Source: Eledone cirrhosa
Taxonomy: Eukaryota
Length of the DNA: 64,000 bases
Assembly: GCA_964016885.1 (NCBI GenBank)
Contig: OZ024741.1
Coordinates: 392,026,001 to 392,090,000 of the forward strand
Reading direction: 5' to 3'
The notes beneath the pieces were generated by a model that searched no databases, was not told the origin of the DNA, and was given only the letters and a program-made list of their open reading frames with translations. Made by a program: the position numbers and the translations under genes. Below, one piece after another: positions 33,860 to 48,800 of the stretch. The stretch's first letter is position 1; every line of letters begins with the position of its first letter.

Positions 33860-36800
33860 AACCTACTCTGTACATTGGTAGTGTTGGTGCCATTATAAAG
33901 TGCACCTAACCTACTCTGTACATTGGTAGTGTTGGTGCCATTATAAAGTGCACCTAACCTACTCTGTACGTTGGTAGAGTTGGTGCCATGATAAAATGCA
34001 CCTAACCTACTCTGTACATTGGTAGTGTTGGTGCCATTATAAAGTGCACCTAACCTACTCTGTACGTTGGTAGAGTTGGTGCCATGATAAAGTGCACCTA
34101 ACCTACTCTATACTTTGGTAGTGTTGGTGCCATGATAAAGTGCACCTAACCTACTCTGTACATTGGTAGTGTTGGTGCCATTATAAAATGCACCTAACTT
34201 ACTCTGTACATTGGTAGTGTTGGTGCCATGATAAAGTGCACCTAACCTACTCTATACTTTGGTAGTGTTGGTGCCATGATAAAGTGCACCTAACCTACTC
34301 TGTACATTGGGAGTGTTGGTGCCATAACATGCACCTAACCTACTCTGTACATTGGTAGTGTTGGTGCCATGATAAAATGCACCTAACCTACTCTATACTT
34401 TGGTAGTGTTGGTGCCATGATAAAGTGCACCTAACCTACTCTGTACATTGGTAGTGTTGGTGCCATTATAAAGTGCACCTAACCTACTCTATACATTGGT
34501 AGTGTTGGTGCCATGATAAAATGCACCTAACCTACTCTATACTTTGGTAGTGTTGGTGCCATGATAAAGTGCACCTAACCTACTCTGTACATTTGTAGTG
34601 TTGGTGCCATTATAAAATGCACCTAACCTACTCTGTACATTGGTAGTGTTGGTGCCATGATAAAGTGCACCTAACCTACTCTATACATTAGTAGTGTTGG
34701 TGCTATGATAAAGTGCACCTAACCTACTCTGTACAATGGTAGTGTTGGTGCCATGATAAAGTGCACCTAACCTACTCTGTACGTTGGTAGTGTTGGTGCC
34801 ATAATAAAGTGCACCTAACCTACCCTGTGGTAGTGTTGGTGCCAGGATAAAGTGCACCTAACCTACTCTGTACATTGGTAGTATTGGTGCCATGATAAAG
34901 TGCACCTAACCTACTCTGTGGTAGTGTTGGTGCCATAATAAAATGCACCTAACCTACTCTGTACATTGGTAGTGTTGGTGCCATGATAAAGTGCACCTAA
35001 CCTACTCTGTACATTGGGAGTGTTGGTGCCATAACATGCACCTAACCTACTCTGTACATTGGTAGTGTTGGTGCCATGATAAAATGCACCTAACCTACTC
35101 TATACTTTGGTAGTGTTGGTGCCATGATAAAGTGCACCTAACCTACTCTGTACATTGGTAGTGTTGGTGCCATTATAAAATGCACCTAACTTACTCTGTA
35201 CATTGGTAGTGTTGGTGCCATGATAAAGTGCACCTAACCTACTCTATACTTTGGTAGTGTTGGTGCCATGATAAAGTGCACCTAACCTACTCTGTACATT
35301 GGGAGTGTTGGTGCCATAACATGCACCTAACCTACTCTGTACATTGGTAGTGTTGGTGCTATGATAAAGTGCACCTAACCTACTCTGTATATTGGTAGTG
35401 TTGGTGCCATGATAACATGCACCTAACCTACTCTGTACATTGGTAGTGTTGGTGCTATGATAAAGTGCACCTAACCTACTATATACATTGGTAGTGTTGG
35501 TGCCATTATAAAGTGCACCTAACCTACTCTATACATTGGTAGTGTTGGTGCCATGATAAAATGCACCTAACCTACTCTATACTTTGGTAGTGTTGGTGCC
35601 ATGATAAAGTGCACCTAACCTACTCTGTACATTTGTAGTGTTGGTGCCATTATAAAATGCACCTAACCTACTCTGTACATTGGTAGTGTTGGTGCCATGA
35701 TAAAGTGCACCTAACCTACTCTATACATTAGTAGTGTTGGTGCTATGATAAAGTGCACCTAAACTACTCTGTACAATGGTAGTGTTGGTGCCATGATAAA
35801 GTGCACCTAACCTACTCTATACATAGGTAGTGTTGGTGCTATGATAAAGTGCACCTAACCTACTCTGTACGTTGGTAGTGTTGGTGCCATAATAAAGTGC
35901 ACCTAACCTACCCTGTGGTAGTGTTGGTGCCATGATAAAGTGCACCTAACCTATTCTGTACATTGGTAGTGTTGGTGCCATTATAAAGTGCACCTAACCT
36001 ACTCTGTATATTGGTAGTGTTGGTGCCATGATAAAATGCACCTAACCTACTCTGTACATTGGTAGTGTTGGTGCCATGATAAAGTGCACCTAACCTACTC
36101 TGTACATTGGTAGTGTTGGTGCCATGATAAAATGCACCTAACCTACTCTGTACATTGGTAGTGTTGGTGGCATGATAAAGTGCACCTAACCTACTCTATA
36201 CATTGGTAGTGTTGGTGCCATGATAACATGCACCTAACCTACTCTGTACATTGGTATTGTTGGTGCAATGAAAAAGTGCAGCTAACCTACTCTATACATT
36301 GGTAGTGTTGGTGCTATGATAAAGTGCACCTAACCTACTCTGTATATTGGTAGTGTTGGTGCCATGATAAAGTGCACCTAACCTACTCTGTACATTGGTA
36401 GTGTTGGTGCCATAATAAAATGCACCTAACCTACTCTGTGGTAGTTTAGTGCCATGATAAAATGCACCTAACCTACTCTGTGGTAGTGTTGGTGCCATGA
36501 TAAAGTGCACCTAACCTACTCTGTGGTAGTGTTGGTGCCATGATAAAGTGCACCTAACCTACTCTATACGTTGGTAGTGTTGGTGCCATGATAAAGTGCA
36601 CCTAACCTACTCTATACGTTGGTAGTGTTGGTGCTATGATAAAGTGCACCTAACCTACTCTGTACATTGGTAGTGTTGGTGCCATGATAAAGTGCACCTA
36701 ACCTACTCTGTACATTGGTAGTGTTGGTGCCATGATAAAGTGCACCTAACCTACTATATACATTGGTAGTGTTGGTGCCATGATAAAGTGCACCTAACCT

Positions 36801-39800
36801 ATTCTATACATTGGTAGTGTTGGTGCCATGATAAAGTGCACCTAACCTACTCTGTACATTGGTAGTGTTGGTGCCATAATAAAGTGCACCTAACCTACTC
36901 TGTGGTAGTGTTGGTGCCATCATAAAGTGCACCTAACCTACTATGTACATTGGTAGTGTTGGTGCCATGATAAAGTGCACCTAACCTACTCTGTACATTG
37001 GTAGTGTTGGTGCCATGATAAAGTGCACCTAACCTACTATGTACGTTGGTAGTGTTGGTGCCATGATAAAGTGCACCTAACCTACTCTGTGGTAGTGTTG
37101 GTGCCATGATAAAGTGCACCTAACCTACTCTGTACATTGGTAGTGTTGGTGCCATAATAAAGTGCACCTAACCTACTCTGTACATTGGTAGTGTTGGTGC
37201 CATATTAAAGTGCACCTGACCTACTCTATACATTGGTAGTGTTGGTGCCATAATAAAGTGCACCTAACCTACTCTGTGGTAGTGTTGGTGCCATTATAAA
37301 GTGCATCTAACCTACTCTGTGATAGTGTTGGATACATGATAAAGTGCACCTAACCTACTCTGTACATTGGTAGTGTTGGTGCCATGATAAAGTACACCTA
37401 ACCTACTCTGTACATTGGTAGTGTTGGTGCCATGATAAAGTGCACCTAACCTACTCTGTACATTGGTAGTGTTGGTGCCATGATAAAGTACACCTAACCT
37501 ACTCTGTACATTGGTAGTGTTGGTGCCATGATAAAATGCACCTAACCTACTCTGTGGTAGTGTTGGTGCCATGATAAAGTACACCTAACCTACTCTATAC
37601 ATTGGTAGTGTTGGTGCCATGATAAAATGCACCTAACCTACTCTGTGGTAGTGTTGGTGCCATGATAAAGTACACCTAACCTACTCTGTACATTGGTAGT
37701 GTTGGTGCGATGATAAAATGCACCTAACCTACTCTGTGGTAGTGTTGGTGCCATGATAAAGTACACCTAACCTACTCTATACATTGGTAGTGTTGGTGCC
37801 ATGATAAAACGCACCTAACCTACTCTGTGGTAGTGTTGGTGCCATGATAAAGTACACCTAACCTACTCTGTACATTGGTAGTGTTGGTGCCATGATAAAA
37901 TGCACCTAACCTACTCTGTGGTAGTGTTGGTGCCATGATAAAGTACACCTAACCTACTCTATACATTGGTAGTGTTGGTGCCATGATAAAATGCACCTAA
38001 CCTACTCTATACTTTGGTAGTGTTGGTGCCATGATAAAGTGCACCTAACCTACTCTGTACATTTGTAGTGTTGGTGCCATTATAAAATGCACCTAACCTA
38101 CTCTGTACATTGGTAGTGTTGGTGCCATGATAAAGTGCACCTAACCTACTCTATACATTAGTAGTGTTGGTGCTATGATAAAGTGCACCTAACCTACTCT
38201 GTACAATGGTAGTGTTGGTGCCATGATAAAGTGCACCTAACCTACTCTATACATAGGTAGTGTTGGTGCTATGATAAAGTGCACCTAACCTACTCTGTAC
38301 GTTGGTAGTGTTGGTGCCATAATAAAGTGCACCTAACCTACCCTGTGGTAGTGTTGGTGCCATGATAAAGTGCACCTAACCTATTCTGTACATTGGTAGT
38401 GTTGGTGCCATTATAAAGTGCACCTAACCTACTCTGTATATTGGTAGTGTTGGTGCCATGATAAAATGCACCTAACCTACTCTGTACATTGGTAGTGTTG
38501 GTGCCATGATAAAGTGCACCTAACCTACTCTGTACATTGGTAGTGTTGGTGCCATGATAAAATGCACCTAACCTACTCTGTACATTGGTAGTGTTGGTGG
38601 CATGATAAAGTGCACCTAACCTACTCTATACATTGGTAGTGTTGGTGCCATGATAACATGCACCTAACCTACTCTGTACATTGGTATTGTTGGTGCAATG
38701 AAAAAGTGCACCTAACCTACTCTATACATTGGTAGTGTTGGTGCTATGATAAAGTGCACCTAACCTACTCTGTATATTGGTAGTGTTGGTGCCATGATAA
38801 AGTGCACCTAACCTACTCTGTACATTGGTAGTGTTGGTGCCATAATAAAATGCACCTAACCTACTCTGTGGTAGTTTAGTGCCATGATAAAATGCACCTA
38901 ACCTACTCTGTGGTAGTGTTGGTGCCATGATAAAGTGCACCTAACCTACTCTGTGGTAGTGTTGGTGCCATGATAAAGTGCACCTAACCTACTCTATACG
39001 TTGGTAGTGTTGGTGCCATGATAAAGTGCACCTAACCTACTCTATACGTTGGTAGTGTTGGTGCTATGATAAAGTGCACCTAACCTACTCTGTACATTGG
39101 TAGTGTTGGTGCCATGATAAAGTGCACCTAACCTACTCTGTACATTGGTAGTGTTGGTGCCATGATAAAGTGCACCTAACCTACTATATACATTGGTAGT
39201 GTTGGTGCCATGATAAAGTGCACCTAACCTACTCTATACATTGGTAGTGTTGGTGCCATGATAAAGTGCACCTAACCTACTCTGTACGTTGGTAGTGTTG
39301 GTGCCATAATAAAGTGCACCTAACCTACTCTGTGGTAGTGTTGGTGCCATCATAAAGTGCACCTAACCTACTCTGTACATTGGTAGTGTTGGTGCCATGA
39401 TAAAGTGCACCTAACCTACTATGTACGTTGGTAGTGTTGCTGCCATGATAAAGTGCACCTAACCTACTCTGTGGTAGTGTTGGTGCCATGATAAAGTGCA
39501 CCTAACCTACTCTGTACATTGGTAGTGTTGGTGCCATAATAAAGTGCACCTAACCTACTCTGTACATTGGTAGTGTTGGTGCCATATTAAAGTGCACCTG
39601 ACCTACTCTATACATTGGTAGTGTTGGTGCCATAATAAAGTGCACCTAACCTACTCTGTGGTAGTGTTGGTGCCATTATAAAGTGCATCTAACCTACTCT
39701 GTGGTAGTGTTGGTGCCATGATAAAGTGCACCTAACCTACTCTGTACATTGGTAGTGTTGGTGCCATGATAAAGTACACCTAACCTACTCTGTACATTGG

Positions 39801-42800
39801 TAGTGTTGGTGCCATGATAAAGTGCACCTAACCTACTCTGTACATTGGTAGTGTTGGTGCCATGATAAAGTACACCTAACCTACTCTGTACATTGGTAGT
39901 GTTGGTGCCATGATAAAATGCACCTAACCTACTCTGTGGTAGTGTTGGTGCCATGATAAAGTACACCTAACCTACTCTATACATTGGTAGTGTTGGTGCC
40001 ATGATAAAATGCACCTAACCTACTCTGTGGTAGTGTTGGTGCCATGATAAAGTACACCTAACCTACTCTGTACATTGGTAGTGTTGGTGCGATGATAAAA
40101 TGCACCTAACCTACTCTGTGGTAGTGTTGGTGCCATGATAAAGTACACCTAACCTACTCTATACATTGGTAGTGTTGGTGCCTTGATAAAACGCACCTAA
40201 CCTACTCTGTGGTAGTGTTGGTGCCATGATAAAGTACACCTAACCTACTCTGTACATTGGTAGTGTTGGTGCCATGATAAAATGCACCTAACCTACTCTG
40301 TGGTAGTGTTGGTGCCATGATAAAGTACACCTAACCTACTCTATACATTGGTAGTGTTGGTGCCATGATAAAATGCACCTAACCTACTCTGTGGTAGTGT
40401 TGGTGCCATGATAAAGTACACCTAACCTACTCTGTACATTGGTAGTGTTGGTGCCATGATAAAATGCACCTAACCTACTCTGTGGTAGTGTTGGTGCCAT
40501 GATAAAGTACACCTAACCTACTCTGTACATTGGTAGTGTTGGTGCCATAATAAAATGCACCTAACCTACTCTGTGGTAGTTTAGTGCCATGATAAAATGC
40601 ACCTAACCTACTCTGCACATTGGTAGTTTGGGTGCCATGATAAAGTGCACCTAATCTACTCTGTACATTGGTAGTGTTGGTGCCATAATAAAATGCACCT
40701 AACCTACTCTGAACATTGGTAGTGTTGGTGCCATGATAACATGCACCTAAACTTCTCTGTACATTGGTAGTGTTGCTGCCATTATAAAGTGCACCTAGCC
40801 TACTCTATACATTGGTAGTGTTGGTGCCATGATAAAGTGCACCTAACCTACTCTGTACATTGGTAGTGTTGGTGCCATGATAACATGCACCTAAACTTCT
40901 CTGTACATTGGTAGTGTTACTGCCATTATAAAGTGCACCTAGCCTACTCTATACATTGGTAGTGTTGGTGCCATAATAAAGTGCACCTAACCTACTCTGT
41001 ACATTGGTAGTGTTGGTGCCATGATAAAGTGCACCTAACCTACTCTGTACAGTGGTAGTGTTGGTGCCATGATAAAGTACACCTAACCTACTCTGTGGTA
41101 GTGTTGGTGCCATGATAAAGTGCACCTAACCTACTCTATACATTGGTAGTGTTGGTGCCATGATAAAGTGCACCTAACCTACTATATACATTGGTAGTGT
41201 TGGTGCCATGATAAAGTGCACCTAACCTACTCTATACATTGGTAGTGTTGGTGCCATGATAAAATGCACCTAACCTACTCTATACATTGGTAGTGTTGGT
41301 GCCATGATAAAGTGCACCTAACCTACTCTATACATTGGTAGTGTTGGTGCTATGATAAAGTGCACCTAACCTACTCTATACGTTGGTAGAGTTGGTGCTA
41401 TGATAAAGTGCACCTAACCTACTCTGTACATTGGTAGTGTTGGTGCCATAATAAAGTGCACCTAACCTACTCTGTGGTAGTGTTGGTGCCATCATAAAGT
41501 GCACCTAACCTACTATGTACATTGGTAGTGTTGGTGCCATGATAAAGTGCACCTAACCTACTCTGTACATTGGTAGTGTTGGTGCCATGATAAAGTGCAC
41601 CTAACCTACTATGTACGTTGGTAGTGTTGATGCCATGATAAAGTGCACCTAACCTACTCTGTGGTAGTGTTGGTGCCATGATAAAGTGCACCTAACCTAC
41701 TCTGTACATTGGTAGTGTTGGTGCCATAATAAAGTGCATCTAACCTACTCTGTACATTGGTAGTGTTGGTGCCATATTAAAGTGCACCTGACCTACTCTA
41801 TACATTGGTAGTGTTGGTGCCATAATAAAGTGCACCTAACCTACTCTGTGGTAGTGTTGGTGCCATGATAACATGCGCCTAACCTACTCTGTACATTGGT
41901 AGTGTTGGTGCCATGATAAAGTGCACCTAACCTACTCTATACATTGGTTGCGTTGGTGCCATGATAAAGTACACCTAACCTACTCTGTACATTGGTAGTG
42001 TTGGTGCCATGATAAAGTGCACCTAACCTACTCTGTACATTGGTAGTGTTGGTGCCATGATAAAGTGCACCTAACCTAGTCTGTACATTGGTAGTGTTGG
42101 TGCCATGATAAAGTGCACCTAACCTACTCTGTACATTGGTAGTGTTGGTGCCATGATAAAGTGCACCTAACCTACTCTATACATTGGTAGTGTTGGTGCC
42201 ATGATAAAGTGCACCTAACCTACTCTGTACATTGGTAGTGTTGGTGCCATGATAAAATGCACCTAACCTACTCTGTGGTAGTGTTGGTGCCATAATAAAA
42301 TGCACCTAACCTACTCTGTGGTAGTTTGGTGCCATGATAAAATGCACCTAACCTACTCTGTACATTGGTAGTTTGGGTGCGATGATAAAGTGCACCTAAT
42401 CTACTCTGTACATTGATAGTTTGGGTGCCATGATAAAGTGCACCTAATCTACTCTGTACATTGGTAGTGTTGGTGCCATAATAAAATGCACCTAACCTAC
42501 TCTGTACATTGGTAGTGTTGGTGCCATGATAACATGCACCTAAACTTCTCTGTACATTGGTAGTGTTGCTGCCATTATAAAGTGCACCTAGCCTACTCTA
42601 TACATTGGTAGTGTTGGTGCCATGATAAAGTGCACCTAACCTACTCTGTACATTGGTAGTATTGGTGCCATGATAAAGTGCACCTAACCTACTCTGTGGT
42701 AGTGTTGGTGCCATAATAAAATGCACCTAACCTACTCTGTACATTGGTAGTGTTGGTGCCATTATAAAGTGCATCTAACCTACTCTGTGGTAGTGTTGGT

Positions 42801-45800
42801 GCCATGATAACATGCGCCTAACCTACTCTGTACATTGGTAGTGTTGGTGCCATGATAAAGTGCATCTAACCTACTCTGTACATTGGTAGTGTTGGTGCCA
42901 TGATAAAGTACACCTAACCTACTCTGTACATTGGTAGTGTTGGTGCCATGATAAAGTGCACCTAACCTACTCTGTACATTGGTAGTGTTGGTGCCATGAT
43001 AAAGTACACCTAACCTACTCTGTACATTGGTAGTGTTGGTGCCATGATAAAATGCACCTAACCTACTCTGTGGTAGTGTTGGTGCCATAATAAAATGCAC
43101 CTAACCTACTCTGTGGTAGTTTGGTGCCATGATAAAGTGCACCTAATCTACTCTGTACATTGGTAGTGTTGGTGCCATAATAAAATGCACCTAACCTACT
43201 CTGTACATTGGTAGTGTTGGTGCCATGATAACATGCACCTAAACTTCTCTGTACATTGGTAGTGTTGGTGCCATGATAAAGTGCACCTAGCCTACTCTAT
43301 ACATTGGTAGTGTTGGTGACATGATAAAGTGCACCTAACCTACTCTGTACATTGGTAGTATTGGTGCCATGATAAAGTGCACCTAACCTACTCTGTGGTA
43401 GTGTTGGTGCCATAATAAAATGCACCTAACCTACTCTGTACATTGGTAGTGTTGGTGCCATTATAAAGTGCACCTACCCTACTCTGTACATTGGTAGTGT
43501 TGGTGCCATGATAAAGTGCACCTAACCTACTCTGTACGTTGGTAGTGTTGGTGCCATGATAAAATGCACCTAACCTACTCTGTACATTGGTAGTGTTGGT
43601 GCCATGATAAAGTGCACCTAACCTACTCTATACTTTGGTAGTGTTGGTGCCATGATAAAGTGCACCGAACCTACTCTGTACAATGGTAGTGTTAGTGCCA
43701 TGATAAAGTGCACCTAACCTACTCTGTGGTAGTGTTGGTGCCATGATAAAGTGCACCTAACCTACTCTATACGTTGGTAGTGTTGGTGCTATGATAAAGT
43801 GCACCTAACCTACTCTGTACATTGGTAGTGTTGGTGCCATGATAAAGTGCAGCTAACCTACTCTGTACAGTGGTAGTGTTGGTGCCATGATAAAGTACAC
43901 CTAACCTACTCTGTGGTAGTGTTGGTGCCATGATAAAGTGCACCTAACCTACTCTATACATTGGTAGTGTTGGTGCCATGATAAAGTGCACCTAACCTAC
44001 TATATACATTGGTAGTGTTGGTGCCATGATAAAGTGCACCTAACCTACTCTATACATTGGTAGTGTTGGTGCCATGATAAAGTGCACCTAACCTACTCTA
44101 TACATTGGTAGTGTTGGTGCCATGATAAAGTGCACCTAACCTACTCTATACATTGGTAGTGTTGGTGCCATGATAAAGTGCACCTAACCTACTCTATACG
44201 TTGGTAGTGTTGGTGCTATGATAAAGTGCACCTAACCTACTCTGTACATTGGTAGTGTTGGTGCCATAATAAAGTGCACCTAACCTACTCTGTGGTAGTG
44301 TTGGTGCCATCATAAAGTGCACCTAACCTAATATGTACATTGGTAGTGTTGGTGCCATGATAAAGTGCACCTAACCTACTCTGTACATTGGTAGTGTTGG
44401 TGCCATGATAAAGTGCACCTAACCTACTATGTACGTTGGTAGTGTTGATGCCATGATAAAGTGCACCTAACCTACTCTGTGGTAGTGTTGGTGCCATGAT
44501 AAAGTGCACCTAACCTACTCTGTACATTGGTAGTGTTGGTGCCATAATAAAGTGCACCTAACCTACTCTGTACATTGGTAGTGTTGGTGCCATATTAAAG
44601 TGCACCTGACCTACTCTATACATTGGTAGTGTTGGTGCCATAATAAAGTGCACCTAACCTACTCTGTGGTAGTGTTGGTGCCATGATAACATGCGCCTAA
44701 CCTACTCTGTACATTGGTAGTGTTGGTGCCATGATAAAGTGCACCTAACCTACTCTATACATTGGTAGTGTTGGTGCCATGATAAAGTACACCTAACCTA
44801 CTCTGTACATTGGTAGTGTTGGTGCCATGATAAAGTGCACCTAACCTACTCTGTACATTGGTAGTGTTGGTGCCATGATAAAGTGCACATAACCTACTCT
44901 ATACATTGGTAGTGTTGGTGCCATGATAAAGTGCACCTAACCTACTCTGTACATTGGTAGTGTTGGTGCCATGATAAAGTGCACCTAACCTAGTCTGTAC
45001 ATTGGTAGTGTTGGTGCCATGATAAAGTGCACCTAACCTACTCTGTACATTGGTAGTGTTGGTGCCATGATAAAGTGCACCTAACCTACTCTATACATTG
45101 GTAGTGTTGGTGCCATGATAAAGTACACCTAACCTACTCTGTACATTGGTAGTGTTGGTGCCATGATAAAATGCACCTAACCTACTCTGTGGTAGTGTTG
45201 GTGCCATAATAAAATGCACCTAACCTACTCTGTGGTAGTTTGGTGCCATGATAAAATGCACCTAACCTACTCTGTACATTGGTAGTTTTTGTGCGATGAT
45301 AAAGTGCACCTAATCTACTCTGTACATTGGTAGTGTTGGTGCCATAATAAAATGCACCTAACCTACTCTGTACATTGGTAGTGTTGGTGCCATGATAACA
45401 TGCACCTAAACTTCTCTGTACATTGGTAGTGTTGCTGCCATTATAAAGTGCACCTAGCCTACTCTATACATTGGTAGTGTTGGTGCCATGATAAAGTGCA
45501 CCTAACCTACTCTGTACATTGGTAGTATTGGTGCCATGATAAAGTGCACCTAACCTACTCTGTGGTAGTGTTGGTGCCATAATAAAATGCACCTAACCTA
45601 CTCTATACTTTGGTAGTGTTGGTGCCATGATAAATTGCACCTAACCTACTCTGTACATTGGTAGTGTTGGTGCCATGATAAAGTGCACCTAACCTACTCT
45701 GTACATTGGTAGTGTTGGTGCCATTATAAAATGCACCTAACTTACTCTGTACATTGGTAGTGTTGGTGCCATGATAAAGTGCACCTAACCTACTCTATAC

Positions 45801-48800
45801 TTTGGTAGTGTTGGTGCCATGATAAAGTGCACCGAACCTACTCTGTACAATGGTAGTGTTAGTGCCATGATAAAGTGCACCTACCCTACTCTGTGGTAGT
45901 GTTGGTGCCATGATAAAGTGCACCTAACCTACTCTATACGTTGGTAGTGTTGGTGCTATGATAAAGTGCACCTAACCTACTCTGTACATTGGTAGTGTTG
46001 GTGCCATGATAAAGTGCACCTAACCTACTCTGTACAGTGGTAGTGTTGGTGCCATGATAAAGTGCACCTAACCTACTCTGTACATTGGGAGTGTTGGTGC
46101 CATAACATGCACCTAACCTACTCTGTACATTGGTAGTGTTGGTGCCATGATAAAATGCACCTAACCTACTCTATACTTTGGTAGTGTTGGTGCCATGATA
46201 AAGTGCACCTAACCTACTCTATACATTGGTAGTGTTGGTGCCATGATAAAGTGCACCTAACCTACTCTATACATTGGTAGTGTTGGTGCCATGATAAAGT
46301 GCACCTAACCTACTCTATACGTTGGTAGTGTTGGTGCTATGATAAAGTGCACCTAACCTACTCTGTACATTGGTAGTGTTGGTGCCATAATAAAGTGCAC
46401 CTAACCTACTCTGTGGTAGTGTTGGTGCACTCATAAAGTGCACCTAACCTAATATGTACATTGGTAGTGTTGGTGCCATGATAAAGTGCACCTAACCTAC
46501 TCTGTACATTGGTAGTGTTGGTGCCATGATAAAGTGCACCTAACCTACTATGTACGTTGGTAGTGTTGATGCCATGATAAAGTGCACCTAACCTACTCTG
46601 TGGTAGTGTTGGTGCCATGATAAAGTGCACCTAACCTACTCTGTACATTGGTAGTGTTGGTGCCATAATAAAGTGCACCTAACCTACTCTGTACATTGGT
46701 AGTGTTGGTGCCATATTAAAGTGCACCTGACCTACTCTATACATTGGTAGTGTTGGTGCCATAATAAAGTGCACCTAACCTACTCTGTGGTAGTGTTGGT
46801 GCCATGATAACATGCGCCTAACCTACTCTGTACATTGGTAGTGTTGGTGCCATGATAAAGTGCACCTAACCTACTCTATACATTGGTAGTGTTGGTGCCA
46901 TGATAAAGTACACCTAACCTACTCTGTACATTGGTAGTGTTGGTGCCATGATAAAGTGCACCTAACCTACTCTGTACATTGGTAGTGTTGGTGCCATGAT
47001 AAAGTGCACCTAACCTACTCTATACATTGGTAGTGTTGGTGCCATGATAAAGTGCACCTAACCTACTCTGTACATTGGTAGTGTTGGTGCCATGATAAAG
47101 TGCACCTAACCTAGTCTGTACATTGGTAGTGTTGGTGCCATGATAAAGTGCACCTAACCTACTCTGTACATTGGTAGTGTTGGTGCCATGATAAAGTGCA
47201 CCTAACCTACTCTATACATTGGTAGTGTTGGTGCCATGATAAAGTACACCTAACCTACTCTGTACATTGGTAGTGTTGGTGCCATGATAAAATGCACCTA
47301 ACCTACTCTGTGGTAGTGTTGGTGCCATAATAAAATGCACCTAACCTACTCTGTGGTAGTTTGGTGCCATGATAAAATGCACCTAACCTACTCTGTACAT
47401 TGGTAGTTTGGGTGCGATGATAAAGTGCACCTAATCTACTCTGTACATTGGTAGTGTTGGTGCCATAATAAAATGCACCTAACCTACTCTGTACATTGGT
47501 AGTGTTGGTGCCATGATAACATGCACCTAAACTTCTCTGTACATTGGTAGTGTTGCTGCCATTATAAAGTCCACCTAGCCTACTCTATACATTGGTAGTG
47601 TTGGTGCCATGATAAAGTGCACCTAACCTACTCTGTACATTGGTAGTATTGGTGCCATGATAAAGTGCACCTAACCTACTCTGTGGTAGTGTTGGTGCCA
47701 TAATAAAATGCACCTAACCTACTCTGTACATTGGTAGTGTTGGTGCCATGATAACATGCACCTAAACTTCTCTATACATTGGTAGTGTTGGTGCCATGAT
47801 AAAGTGCACCTAACCTACTCTGTACATTGGTAGTATTGGTGCCATGATAAAGTGCACCTAACCTACTCTGTGGTAGTGTTGGTGCCATAATAAAATGCAC
47901 CTAACCTACTCTGTACATTGGTAGTGTTGGTGCCATTATAAAGTGCACCTACCCTACTCTGTACATTGGTAGTGTTGGTGCCATGATAAAGTGCACCTAA
48001 CCTACTCTGTACGTTGGTAGTGTTGGTGCCATGATAAAATGCACCTAACCTACTCTGTACATTGGTAGTGTTGGTGCCATAATAAAGTGCACCTAACCTA
48101 CTCTATACTTTGGTAGTGTTGGTGCCATGATAAATTGCACCTAACCTACTCTGTACATTGGTAGTGTTGGTGCCATGATAAAGTGCACCTAACCTACTCT
48201 GTACATTGGTAGTGTTGGTGCCATTATAAAATGCACCTAACTTACTCTGTACATTGGTAGTGTTGGTGCCATGATAAAGTGCACCTAACCTACTCTATAC
48301 TTTGGTAGTGTTGGTGCCATGATAAAGTGCACCGAACCTACTCTGTACAATGGTAGTGTTAGTGCCATGATAAAGTGCACCTAACCTACTCTGTGGTAGT
48401 GTTGCTGCCATGATAAACTGCACCTAACCTACTCTATACGTTGGTAGTGTTGGTGCTATGATAAAGTGCACCTAACCTACTCTGTACATTGGTAGTGTTG
48501 GTGCCATGATAAAGTGCACCTAACCTACTCTGTGGTAGTGTTGGTGACATGATAAAGTGCACCTAACCTACTCTATACATTGGTAGTGTTGGTGCCATGA
48601 TAAAGTGCACCTAACCTACTATATAAATTGGTAGTGTTGGTGCCATGATAAAGTGCACCTAACCTACTCTATACATTGGTAGTGTTGGTGCCATGATAAA
48701 GTGCACCTAACCTACTCTATACATCGGTAGTGTTGGTGCCATGATAAAGTGCACCTAACCTACTCTATACATTGGTAGTGTTGGTGCCATGATAAAGTGC

